Source: a virus (lineage: Duplodnaviria > Caudoviricetes). Taken from it: a stretch of 29,721 nt of DNA. Location of the stretch: the IMG/VR virus record IMGVR_UViG_3300006790_000080, positions 1 to 29,721 of that record. One strand, written 5' to 3'. The position numbers and the translations under genes were made by a program. Numbering within the stretch: the stretch's first letter is position 1; every line of letters begins with the position of its first letter. This document shows positions 19,101 through 27,700 of this stretch, piece after piece. The notes beneath the pieces are model-generated. The model did not search any database. It had not been told where the DNA came from and was given only the letters and a program-made list of their open reading frames with translations.

Positions 19101-19433
19101 TCCAACCCTCCTTCTAGGGCCGATATTGTAGACAGTTTTGATTTTGACTCGGCTAATGTAACTGAACTAAGCAATGAGTTGAAGGTTATAGATCAACAAA
19201 TCAACAATCCAGACGGAGTTCCTAAATGCTGGTGGTTTGCTGTAAGATCTGCTGCTTCCCAGCCAACCACATTTAAAACTGGTAGCGATGCATCACTGCT
19301 TGTTGGCGTTACACCGACAGAAACCACGGTTGATTTAGAGCCAGATATCGCTCCCGTGGGTTATAATTCAGAAGAGTACAAGCTGTATGGTATAACTCTT
19401 AATCCCGGCAACACATACGTACAGATATCTTAG
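16173..19433 (+). CDS. Multidomain tail/fibre virion protein
   Basis: N-terminal MAL..ADRVKETT...GTGTITL anchor seen in aquatic phage fibres; GNFGI..SNP.Y.LDV.G fibre motif; 14-aa SG.LQ.QI coiled-coil repeats; cement-like VRNNTGATI.NG..V..TG domain; Thr/Ser-rich beta C-terminus; about 23 SG. Confidence 0.65.
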   Translation: MALIIADRVKETTITEGTGTITLSGPTFGGFQSFSSAIGEGNTTYYCIQNESNFEIGVGTYSSGTLSRDTVIESSNSGAKISITGVAVVFCVVPSTKLIYKNENGDFVITGDINVDDVNADLVSANSGDFGSILSNGIESSGLLTLTREDAGSFFHAYVDDSNDRTISLHSDAAVAPTWKLGLKNSPSSETDAPAYAYIYGSEGSIGLVGNSDNQITISNSSPFIAKHQGVDVITAHYVTGVHLQSNSSAYPALIVNGGAALSADIQRWNNNAGTTLSVVDNAGNFGIRNSNPSYQLDVTGTGNFSQSIRFGDGTVQSTAYVNSSGELQSQITTNTAASGSLQSQITSNAAVSGALQPQITTNAAVSGVLQSQISDIESTSVLSGVLQPQITENSQVAIYASGHNLQSVTGNGSTTTNAITVSNNNITASSGLFNTLDMTPLAEASYPAHQEGVVFYDVDNHTLSLYNDEADVTLQLGQEEFLRVRNNTGATITNGTAVLITGSHGNAAPTISGAIATSESASQIVGLATHDIEDSSFGYVTTYGIVRNVDTSHCAAGDEIFLSATEVGSGVNVSPTIPNYKVTIGHVIRSHGSNGSILVQIGNAKLGGGDLKSEAELNVSGVPFVTTKSDTTAGGSQTDPLFIFDSGNRQLQLGSGLQLLDGVPTNTTNVLYNNAGTLTFNGSAVGGSSTSGIVFEKSGSNDEFRIGTTFIDADGTEQVVRATDFNGGYLRLEVARFSPSVSANGQSRSWDQPVTQWSVTVDNPTDFTTNYVSGVKSPLTGITGSVTSDVTLYSTSGPSVTPGGGVDWTQTFSTDGDSPIYSSTNDLTGGSASATVSFLDKNQATISETATITFNWSTASNSIAFANLSGKNFLERYTTTTYNLTINNISDLSNTSTAITTNAGTLTSSTGDGTITFTTPIHKDNNSGRTITATTDFTRPATVTGTEYTSQDVNSDSTITATFTYPSFYIFTSSTSNPPSRADIVDSFDFDSANVTELSNELKVIDQQINNPDGVPKCWWFAVRSAASQPTTFKTGSDASLLVGVTPTETTVDLEPDIAPVGYNSEEYKLYGITLNPGNTYVQIS
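17145..17294 (+). repeat. Degenerate 42-nt (14-aa) tandem repeat, about 3.5 copies
   Basis: SGELQSQITTNTAA / SGSLQSQITSNAAV / SGALQPQITTNAAV / SGVLQSQI with units starting at 17145, 17187, 17229 and 17271. Confidence 0.85.
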
Positions 19434-19444
19434 GAGACTGAAGG

Positions 19445-20047
19445 ATGGCAAATTACGATGGATTATCGAGAAATGCTTGGCCGGGGACTTGGAGTACCAA
19501 CGGCACGCATCCGATTGTCTTGGATACAGAGCAAAGAGGTGGTTTAAGATACGTATCTGGAAGCGGAACGGACATTCTTGTAAATATACCATCCGGTATG
19601 CTTCAAGACGGTATGTTGGCGTATGTAGCTAGCGGTTATCACGCTGATGTCTCTGCTGATAAATATTATAAATACTCTATCTTAGAAGGTGAATCTAGAA
19701 ATAGTGATACAGGATTTTTACCAAATAATTCAGGAAACTGGAGTGAGTTTACAACCGGTGGTAGTTCTACTAGAACTTACAATAATATTACATCACATTT
19801 TAGCATGACGGGCGATTCTGACGTTGTTTTTCTTGACACAAGCTCGTCAATGATTAATGTGTATTTACCAACGGCTGTGGGCAAGGGCGGAAAAGAGTTG
19901 CTTTTTAAAATGAAGGCAGGATCTAATTCGGGAGTATTGGTGGCTAGTGGAAGCCAGACAATAGATGGAAATTCTGTTTTTGCAATGTATCATAGATATG
20001 GAAGCTATTCGCTTATCTCTGATGATTCAAATTGGTTTATAGTTTAG
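19445..20047 (+). CDS. Small fibre-associated virion protein
   Basis: C-terminal DT....I.V.LPTA...G..L..K...TIDG...Y....L.SD..NW.I domain common at phage fibre ends; SD TAGGAG; 7 SG in 200 aa. Confidence 0.55.
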   Translation: MANYDGLSRNAWPGTWSTNGTHPIVLDTEQRGGLRYVSGSGTDILVNIPSGMLQDGMLAYVASGYHADVSADKYYKYSILEGESRNSDTGFLPNNSGNWSEFTTGGSSTRTYNNITSHFSMTGDSDVVFLDTSSSMINVYLPTAVGKGGKELLFKMKAGSNSGVLVASGSQTIDGNSVFAMYHRYGSYSLISDDSNWFIV

Positions 20048-20055
20048 TGTATAAT
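20047..20055 (+). promoter_or_regulatory. Putative late promoter GTGTATAAT upstream of the 673-aa fibre gene
   Basis: Exact copy overlapping the upstream TAG; ATG at 20096 with SD GGAGA. Confidence 0.7.
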
Positions 20056-20095
20056 AAATAGTACGTACAACACACAATTTTAATGGAGATAGTAT

Positions 20096-22117
20096 ATGTC
20101 ATACCAACCATACGATAGAAATGCCGCTGGCATTGTCTATTTCGGAACAAGTGTTTCCGATCAAGTTTATGAGTCTCTATCAACTTTCACTTTTGATGGA
20201 ACCAACAAACTCTCATTGCCTGATGGTGGTTACATTGGCTCACAATCTCAAGATGACGCACTTCAAATAGCTTCTGACGGTGATTTAACAACCATCGCGG
20301 ACTTGACTGTTGGCGGCAACTTGATTGTTAACGGTACTACAACGACCGTTAATTCTACAACCGTAACAATTGATGACCCTATTTTCACACTGGGTGGTGA
20401 TACTGCTCCCGGAAGTGACGATAATAAAGATAGGGGTATCGAGTTTAGATACCACAATGGATCTACTGCAAAGTTGGGTTTCTTTGGTTTTGATGATAGT
20501 ACGGGTAAGTTTACCTTTATTCCAGACGCTACCAACTCTTCAGAGGTTTTTTCTGGTACTGCGGGTACGATTGTTGCAAATCTTGAGGGCAACGTTACCG
20601 GAGATGTTACGGGCAATGCCTCTACTGCTACGGCTCTGGCTACAGGTAGAAACTTTAGTATAACTGGTGAAGTTACAGCTTCCGCTGTTAGTTTTGATGG
20701 AAGTGACGTAGTAGCCCTTGCTGCTTCTTTGGATGCAACTGCAATTACAGGTCAAACAGCAGAAACCTCTATAGCTGACGATGATCTCGTTTTGATCTAC
20801 GATACGTCTAATACAGCCTTGAGAAAAATGACAAAGGCCAATTTTGTTGCTGGTCTTGCTGGAGGCGGTGGTGATATTACTTCTGTTGTTGCTGGTGATG
20901 GTTTGACTGGTGGTGCTAGTAGCGGGGCGGCTACCGTAAACGTCGTTGGTGGTGACGGTATTACCGCTAGTGCCGACGAGATAGAAGTTACTGTTGACGA
21001 TAGCACGATTGAACTATCAGCTAGTGATGGATCAGGATCTGTTCGTATTAAAGATCTTGGTGTTTCTACCGCTAAACTTGCTGCCGATGCGGTTACGGGA
21101 GCAAAAATAGCAGATGAAGCAATTGATAGCGAGCATTACGTAGACGGATCTATTGATACAGCACATATAGGTGACGATCAAGTTACTTATGCAAAAATCC
21201 AGAATGTTAGTGCTACCAATAGAATTCTGGGTAGAGACAGCGCAGGAGCGGGTGTTATAGAAGAAATAAGCCCTGCAAGTCTTAGAACTATGATCAATGT
21301 GGAAGACGGTGCTACCGCAGACCAAACCAAGTCTGATATTGACGGTCTAGCAATTACTACTGTTGGTACATTGGACACTGGAGATGCTACAGCAATTGTA
21401 TCCGCAGCTTCTACTACCGCTGCTGGTAAAGTCGAGTTAGCAACAACAGCCGAAACAACTACAGGTACTGATTCAACAAGGGCGGTTACACCAGACGGAC
21501 TGAAAGATGGTTATCAAGGTTCTACCAACGTAACAACTCTTGGTACAATTTCTACTGGTACTTGGAATGGTACTGCTATAGCTCAGGCTTACATTGCTGG
21601 CGATGCGATCAATGGTTCTAAAATTGCTGATGATTCTATTGATAGCGAACACTATGTAGATGGTTCTATTGACACTGCTCATCTTGCTGCTGATGTTGTC
21701 ACCGGAGCTAAGATAGCTGATAATGCTATTGATAGCGAACACTACACAGACGGTTCTATCGACACGGCCCATATTGCTGATGGTCAAATTACTAATGCAA
21801 AAATGGCTGACGATGCTATCGACAGTGCTGAGATTGCAGACGGTGCTGTTGACGAAGTTCACAGAACCAGAACTGTCGCCACGCCTTCGACTTCAGTTAC
21901 ACTTAGTAGCGATATTAATCTTTGTACCGGAACGATCACCGTCACGATGCCAACAGGCGCAGATGGAAAAATGGTTGTTGTTAAAAACGTAGGAACTGGA
22001 GTTGTTACTATTGCTGCTACTCCAAATATTGATGGATCTTCTGGGGATCATATCCTTTACCACCAAAATGAGGTTGCCACATTAGTCTATGGCAACAGTC
22101 AATGGAACATTATCTAA
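20096..22117 (+). CDS. Tail fibre protein
   Basis: GNL.VNGTTTTVNST...IDDP and DRGIEF motifs, GNVTGDVTGNA, DITSVVAGDGLTGG, ASTTAAGKVELATTAET..G.D..RAVTP (tail-fibre repeat), KIAD.AIDSEHY.DGSIDTAH repeats, and a C-terminal domain like that of 19445-20047. Confidence 0.75.
   Translation: MSYQPYDRNAAGIVYFGTSVSDQVYESLSTFTFDGTNKLSLPDGGYIGSQSQDDALQIASDGDLTTIADLTVGGNLIVNGTTTTVNSTTVTIDDPIFTLGGDTAPGSDDNKDRGIEFRYHNGSTAKLGFFGFDDSTGKFTFIPDATNSSEVFSGTAGTIVANLEGNVTGDVTGNASTATALATGRNFSITGEVTASAVSFDGSDVVALAASLDATAITGQTAETSIADDDLVLIYDTSNTALRKMTKANFVAGLAGGGGDITSVVAGDGLTGGASSGAATVNVVGGDGITASADEIEVTVDDSTIELSASDGSGSVRIKDLGVSTAKLAADAVTGAKIADEAIDSEHYVDGSIDTAHIGDDQVTYAKIQNVSATNRILGRDSAGAGVIEEISPASLRTMINVEDGATADQTKSDIDGLAITTVGTLDTGDATAIVSAASTTAAGKVELATTAETTTGTDSTRAVTPDGLKDGYQGSTNVTTLGTISTGTWNGTAIAQAYIAGDAINGSKIADDSIDSEHYVDGSIDTAHLAADVVTGAKIADNAIDSEHYTDGSIDTAHIADGQITNAKMADDAIDSAEIADGAVDEVHRTRTVATPSTSVTLSSDINLCTGTITVTMPTGADGKMVVVKNVGTGVVTIAATPNIDGSSGDHILYHQNEVATLVYGNSQWNII
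21122..21772 (+). repeat. Three degenerate IDSEHY(V/T)DGSIDTAH repeats within a 10-aa periodic fibre shaft
   Basis: Copies begin at 21122, 21638 and 21728 (last two 90 nt apart), flanked by (K/H/E)IAD.(A/S/Q)(I/V) decamers. Confidence 0.8.
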
Positions 22118-22126
22118 GAGGTAGAC

Positions 22127-23065
22127 ATGGACTCTATTGTACTACAAACAGGAAGCACTACAGTAACCGATGGTGACGTTATAGGTCGCGTGGGCTTTGC
22201 TGCATCATCGGAAACTGGGACCAATGCTAGGCTTGTTGTAGCTAAAATAGAGGCCGTAGCAGAAGAAGCTTTTGATGCCAGTAACAACGCCACTGAGATG
22301 GTTTTCTCTTTGGCGGCTGACGGCGCTGCTGCATCTAAGATGACTCTGACCTCTGCGGGTAATCTTAATATAGGTGGAGAACTCCAGACTACAAATATCG
22401 GTTATACCGATGGTGACAACTCTATGACTATCGCTGATGGCGGTAAGGTAACTTTTGCAGCAGGTTTTGCTGTAGGTTCCGACGCCGCTGGCGATATTCT
22501 TTATTACAATGGCACTAGCTATGTAAGACTTGGTATTGGTACTGATGGTCAGGTTTTGACTGTTAACGATGCTGCAAACGCACCACAATGGGAAGCTGCT
22601 GCCGGTGGCGGTGGCGGCGCTGTATCTGCTGTTGCAAATGGGGCAGACAACAGGGTGGCTACATTTAGTAGTAGCGATGCTCTTAATGGCGAAGCTAACT
22701 TAACATTTGATGGGTCAACCCTGACCCTTACTGGTCATCTCGCCGCTACAACCAAGAGCTTCTTGATTGACCACCCATCTAAAGCGGGAATGAAACTTCA
22801 GTATGCGTCTTTGGAAGGCCCAGAGAACGGAGTTTATGTGCGAGGAACTACGGATCAAGGATTTATTACTCTTCCAGATTATTGGAAAGATCTTGTTGAC
22901 AACGATTCTATAACCGTTACACTAACTCCAGTAGGTCAATTCCAGCCGCTATTTGTAGAACAAAAAAACAACCGAGAAGTTCGTGTTGGCGGTGTTTGCG
23001 GGTACTATGATTATGTAGTATGGGGCGAACGTAAGGATGTTGAGAAGCTGGAGGTCGAGTGGTAA
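22127..23065 (+). CDS. Short tail fibre protein with C-terminal KSF.IDHP...EGPE domain
   Basis: GDILYY.G....RL.IGT.GQVL, GEANLTFDG and KSFLIDHP...L.YASLEGPENGVY.RG...LPDYW..LV, a chaperone-like C-terminal domain common in aquatic phage fibres. Confidence 0.7.
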   Translation: MDSIVLQTGSTTVTDGDVIGRVGFAASSETGTNARLVVAKIEAVAEEAFDASNNATEMVFSLAADGAAASKMTLTSAGNLNIGGELQTTNIGYTDGDNSMTIADGGKVTFAAGFAVGSDAAGDILYYNGTSYVRLGIGTDGQVLTVNDAANAPQWEAAAGGGGGAVSAVANGADNRVATFSSSDALNGEANLTFDGSTLTLTGHLAATTKSFLIDHPSKAGMKLQYASLEGPENGVYVRGTTDQGFITLPDYWKDLVDNDSITVTLTPVGQFQPLFVEQKNNREVRVGGVCGYYDYVVWGERKDVEKLEVEW

Positions 23066-23787
23066 TGGGAATTAGCTATAGTCCTAAAATAGCCACAGAT
23101 GGTTTGGTTCTGTGCTTAGATGCGGCGAACGCTAGAAGTTATCCGGGTACGGGAACTACGTGGACCGATATATCCGCAGGTTTTTCTGATTCTATGGTTT
23201 CTCGTTCGACAGCAGATAATGGCACACTAACTAATGGTCCTACGTTTAGTAGTAATAATGGTGGGAGTATTGTTTTTGATGGCACTAACGATGTGGTTGA
23301 TGTTGCTAGCCCTCCCTCTATAACTGGCGACTCTGCAACTCTCGCTTTATGGTGCAAGTCTGACGACTCTGCTAACTGGAGAAGTCCGGGCGGGTACGTC
23401 ACAAGTGGATTTGATGATTATAGATTGACTTTTAGAAGGCTAAACACGAGCAATATTAGGGGTTACGCAAGGTACTCCACCGGTGGGATACAGCAAACTG
23501 CTTCTTACTCTATTAGCAATTCTGAGTTTCAAAGCTGGAATCACTACGTGGTTGTGGCAAGCGGGGGTGTTGTCTATCTCTATCTTAACGGCGTAATTGT
23601 ATCTTCTGGCGGCAGCGGTTCTGGAGATTTAGATTTAGGCACTACATTTACTTTAGGATCACAGGATTCTCGGTCTACTGGTTCTTGGTGGAACGGTGAT
23701 ATTTCTAATGTTCAGGTTTATGATCGCGCACTATCCGCCGATGAAATCCTCCAGAATTACCTCGCAACAAAAGGGAGATACAAATAA
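23065..23787 (+). CDS. LamG/concanavalin A-like lectin-fold protein (paralog 1)
   Basis: DGLVLCLDAAN..SYPG.G.TW.D, FDGTND, WNHYVV, LYLNG, YDRALS..EILQNY. ATG 23065 in a TAATG overlap with SD GGAGGT is preferred to GTG 23059. Confidence 0.85.
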   Translation: MGISYSPKIATDGLVLCLDAANARSYPGTGTTWTDISAGFSDSMVSRSTADNGTLTNGPTFSSNNGGSIVFDGTNDVVDVASPPSITGDSATLALWCKSDDSANWRSPGGYVTSGFDDYRLTFRRLNTSNIRGYARYSTGGIQQTASYSISNSEFQSWNHYVVVASGGVVYLYLNGVIVSSGGSGSGDLDLGTTFTLGSQDSRSTGSWWNGDISNVQVYDRALSADEILQNYLATKGRYK

Positions 23788-24056
23788 TGGCACATAGTTT
23801 TGATAATCGTCACTACGTAGTGATTTCAGCAGACGACGTATCTAATATAGATTTTAGTCAGGTTATGGAAACGTCTGCTGATACCTTGAGGTTCAGTGTA
23901 GACGGCACCCTGACCTTTGTTAAGTATGAGGGCGACATGCCTTCAAGTGTAACTTCCTGCCCCAGCAAGAGTCAAGAATATTCCCATGCGGAAATTCTGG
24001 CGATTCTGAATAATGAAGATCAGGTTTGGTGGGAGCCAATGGAGGAAATGCCGTAA
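23787..24056 (+). CDS. Small acidic phage hypothetical protein
   Basis: 89 aa with TAATG overlaps on both sides; YVVI....V..IDF.QV.ETS..TLR.S.DG..TFVKY resembles a recurrent aquatic-phage hypothetical family. Confidence 0.6.
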   Translation: MAHSFDNRHYVVISADDVSNIDFSQVMETSADTLRFSVDGTLTFVKYEGDMPSSVTSCPSKSQEYSHAEILAILNNEDQVWWEPMEEMP

Positions 24057-24736
24057 TGGGATTAACACATAGTCCTCGTATTGTTACAGACGGTTTAGTT
24101 CTGTGTTTAGATGCGGCTAACGCTAGAAGTTATCCGGGTACGGGGACTACGTGGACTGACTTGAAAGGAAGTGATAATGGAACGCTAACCAATGGCCCAA
24201 CTTTTAGTAGTGATAATCGTGGGTCGATTGTTTTCGATGGAAGTAATGACTATGTAGAAATAGCAAACTCTTCGGGAGGCGAGTATAATTTTTCTAATAT
24301 GTCTGTTGGGTGCTGGTTTAAAAGCTCTTCCACACAGACAACTACACCCCTTGCTAGTCAAATTAGCAATATTTTTGCTGGGGTAAACGGATGGCTCCTT
24401 TTAATTAGCGGCGGCGATCTGTTTTTTCGTCCTACATATAACGGTGATAGTGCGTCCACATCTCAAAACGTGAGGGATGGAAATTGGCATTACGCTATAG
24501 GGACTGCCGATGGAACAAATGCAAAAATATATGTCGATGGAGTTCTCAAAGATACTGCTTCAAATGGCAATACAAGTAACTCTACGTTTTCGGTATACGT
24601 AGGAGCTTTTGGTGTTATAGGGAGTTTATCTAACTATGCAGAAGCTAATATTGCTTCTACTCACATATACAACAAGGCGTTGGATGATTCAGAAGTTTTA
24701 CAAAATTACCTTGCTACAAAGGGGAGGTATGCATAA
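24056..24736 (+). CDS. LamG/concanavalin A-like lectin-fold protein (paralog 2)
   Basis: Same N- and C-terminal motifs as 23065-23787. ATG 24056 in a TAATG overlap with SD GGAGGA is preferred to 24026. Confidence 0.85.
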   Translation: MGLTHSPRIVTDGLVLCLDAANARSYPGTGTTWTDLKGSDNGTLTNGPTFSSDNRGSIVFDGSNDYVEIANSSGGEYNFSNMSVGCWFKSSSTQTTTPLASQISNIFAGVNGWLLLISGGDLFFRPTYNGDSASTSQNVRDGNWHYAIGTADGTNAKIYVDGVLKDTASNGNTSNSTFSVYVGAFGVIGSLSNYAEANIASTHIYNKALDDSEVLQNYLATKGRYA

Positions 24737-27700
24737 TGGGTGTTACATCTGGACCAAAAATTGAAGACGATGGATTAATCTATTGCATGGACCCAGCAAA
24801 TCCCCGCAGTTTTTCTGGATCTGGTTCTGTTGCTGAAGACATCGTTAAAAAAATTGTTGGCAAATCAAAAAGAAGGGCTAGTAAACACGGAAACTCTGCA
24901 TTTACTAGGTCGAGGGGGCGCGGTGTTTTTACTATGGATGGTAGCGATGACTATCTATCAATCCCCGACTCAGACGAACTTTCCGGTCTCTCTTCTTTTA
25001 CCATCTGCGCTTGGGTTAAACCTACCAACAATAAGAATTTTTGGATAATAAGTAAAGGTATTGGTGGTTCTAGCGGAAACAGGGAGTTTGCACTAAAGTT
25101 AAATCATAGTGGATATCCAGAAGCTATAATAGTAGACGAGAGCGCTGATTCAACAGTTAATGCTACATCTCGCCGCCCAATCAATAACAACGAGTGGCAC
25201 TACGTGGTTGCAACATGGAGTGGATCTCACCTAAAGGTCTACGTAAACGGAGGTTTATCTGGCCCTCCCACGCCTACCAGTTTGTCTATAGAAAACTTAT
25301 CGTCAGACATTTATATTGGCCGTAGTTTTGGTTCTTCTACTTCAGACTTTGCCAATGGATACATTGGAACAATTCACATATATAACACCACACTATCTGA
25401 CGAATCTATCAAAAACAATTACGTTAATGGTAGAGCCAGATTCCCTGCTAACACAAGAGGCGAAAGACCGAAACCTGTCTCAAATGCAGATAAATTAATA
25501 TTTGATTGCGTCACTGATTCCAGCGACGGTTCTCCGAAAATATCCTTGGATTTATTTTCACACCTTATCCAAGATCAAGATGTAATATCCGATGCAATCT
25601 ATGCTTATGATTTTACAAGAAAGAACACTAAAACTGGAGGGCCACATGAATTTATAATAGATTGGGGTGACGGCACCATCGAGAGAATTTCAAAACCCTC
25701 TGGTGATACATATTATCTAGTTGCAACCTATAGCTCAGTCAACACAAGGTACAATACTCCTGAAAGATTCATAACCCATGAATATTCCACAAGTGGGATA
25801 TATACCATATCAATAGATGGTCAGATCCAAGATTTTAAACTGGGTGGTCTTAATTATCAAATGAGTACCACGGACTATGCAAAAAGGTCTCCGGGGGGTG
25901 TTGGTATTATACGTATTCACAACTGGGGTCCACTTGTAATATCTGATGAATATCAAATTTTTGGTGGACATAAACACATCAACAGCCCTTACGCGAACAT
26001 CACTGGTGTCCCAGAGCATCCTGCTATCAATGGCGCAACTCTTGCCGTTCCAACCGACAGTTTTCCGAAAATAAGCGGTGGTGTATTTGAAATATTTGCA
26101 CACACTGATTTCGATCAATCCATAGACCAATGGGACTGGACTCAGGTTGACAGATTAGATGGTTTGTTTTCTCTTTCTCGTTACTCGAAACCTTTTCTTT
26201 CGGACACTTCCCATGTTAAGTCGTTTAATGGAATGTATAAAGGTTGCACTGGTACTGGCATATATGTTTCTGGCATGGATGTTTCTAACATGGTTAGTGG
26301 CGTTGGAATGTTTGCTCAGTCAAATATAAATGTTTCTGGGCTTACCATACCGCCTAGCGCCGACACAAGCTGGCTTTTTGATAGCTGCACTGGTCGAAAT
26401 CCATCTATTTCTGCTATGAATGTGTCTGGGGTTACAGACATGAAGGGTTGGTTCGCTGGTTACGGTGATTTTCAAGAAGATATTAGCGACTGGGATGTTT
26501 CTAATGTGACTGGAATACACGGAATGTTCTACGACTGCGGTTTTTCTGGAGATCTTTCCAGTTGGAATACAAGCAATTTTGTTGACATTTCCGATGCGTT
26601 TAAAAGCTGGTTCGGGCGTCGAGGCAGCGGAGGAGATTCGGTTAATCTTACTTTTAATATTTCCGGTTGGGATCTTTCAAAGGTTGAGGATATATCAAGA
26701 TTATTTTATGCAAATTCTATTTACAGTCATAGTGCGGATTTTTTAGTGAGAAGCGGTGTTAAAAAAATTGGAAGCTTACTTGATAGTGATTACATATATT
26801 ACAGAGCTAGTTACGGCTATCCTTGGTTTGGTAAATCAATGCCGGTTCATCTAGATAGCTGGGACACCTGTACTGTTGAAGATATGACTGGTTTATTCTA
26901 TGGAGTTGACACTTCTTATTCTAGTCTTAGCGGTACTACTAATGGGCTGGTTGGACCCTCTGTAAAAAATATTTCTCGTATGTTTAGTCGGTTTTCTTGT
27001 ACTAATTTGACCCATAATTTTGCTTCATGGGATGTATCTTCCGTGGAAAATATGAACAGTCTATTTGATAGTACGAATTCTAACGCAATAACTACTAGTG
27101 ACTTTCATGGCATCTCAGGTTGGAATACAAGTTCTCTTCAAAATGCTACCAATATTTTCTATAATAGTACACAATTTAATAGTAATATTTCAAACTGGAA
27201 TCTTTCTGGTGTTACTGTCGCAACGGGAGTGTTCGCCTTTTGTACGTCTTTCAATCAACCGCTTCCGACATTTCCAACAGGGGTGGATCTTCAGGGATTG
27301 TTAAGGGGCTGCACTTCTTTTAATCAAGACATGAGCCATCAAAGTTTTAACGGAGTGAATATGTATCTCATGCTTAACAATTGTAATAGCATGAGTGCTA
27401 CTAACATCCACTCAATAAACCCTAGTGGTGGTATCAACAGATACTCTTGGATTCCAACAACCTATAACAGTATGCCACCTGATCTTTGGGTTACTGGTCA
27501 ATATGACTTAGAAAGACTTTTCGCGGGTTGCAGTTCTTTTAATCAAAATATTTCTTCTTGGGATGTTAGTCACATTACCGATATGGGATACATGTTTCAG
27601 AATTGTAGCTCGTTCAACCAAGATTTATCTTCTTGGGATGTTTCTAGCTGCAAAAATTTTACTAGCATGTTTAGCTATTGTTCTGCTATAAATTTTAACA

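Noticed and set aside
8857-20047. TAG stop-codon reassignment (four genes end in TAG)
   Set aside because: Long genes are intact under the standard code with no internal TAG or TGA. Each TAG falls at a sensible gene end followed by a new start, and reading through 8859 or 19433 would run out of frame into the next gene.
17145-21772. Repeats at 17145-17294 and 21122-21772 as CRISPR arrays
   Set aside because: They are in-frame, degenerate at third codon positions and encode protein repeats; there is no repeat-spacer structure and no cas gene.
23101-24156. Near-identical 65-nt pair as a diversity-generating retroelement TR/VR
   Set aside because: Both copies are coding, the mismatches are synonymous and not adenine-specific, and there is no reverse transcriptase in the window.
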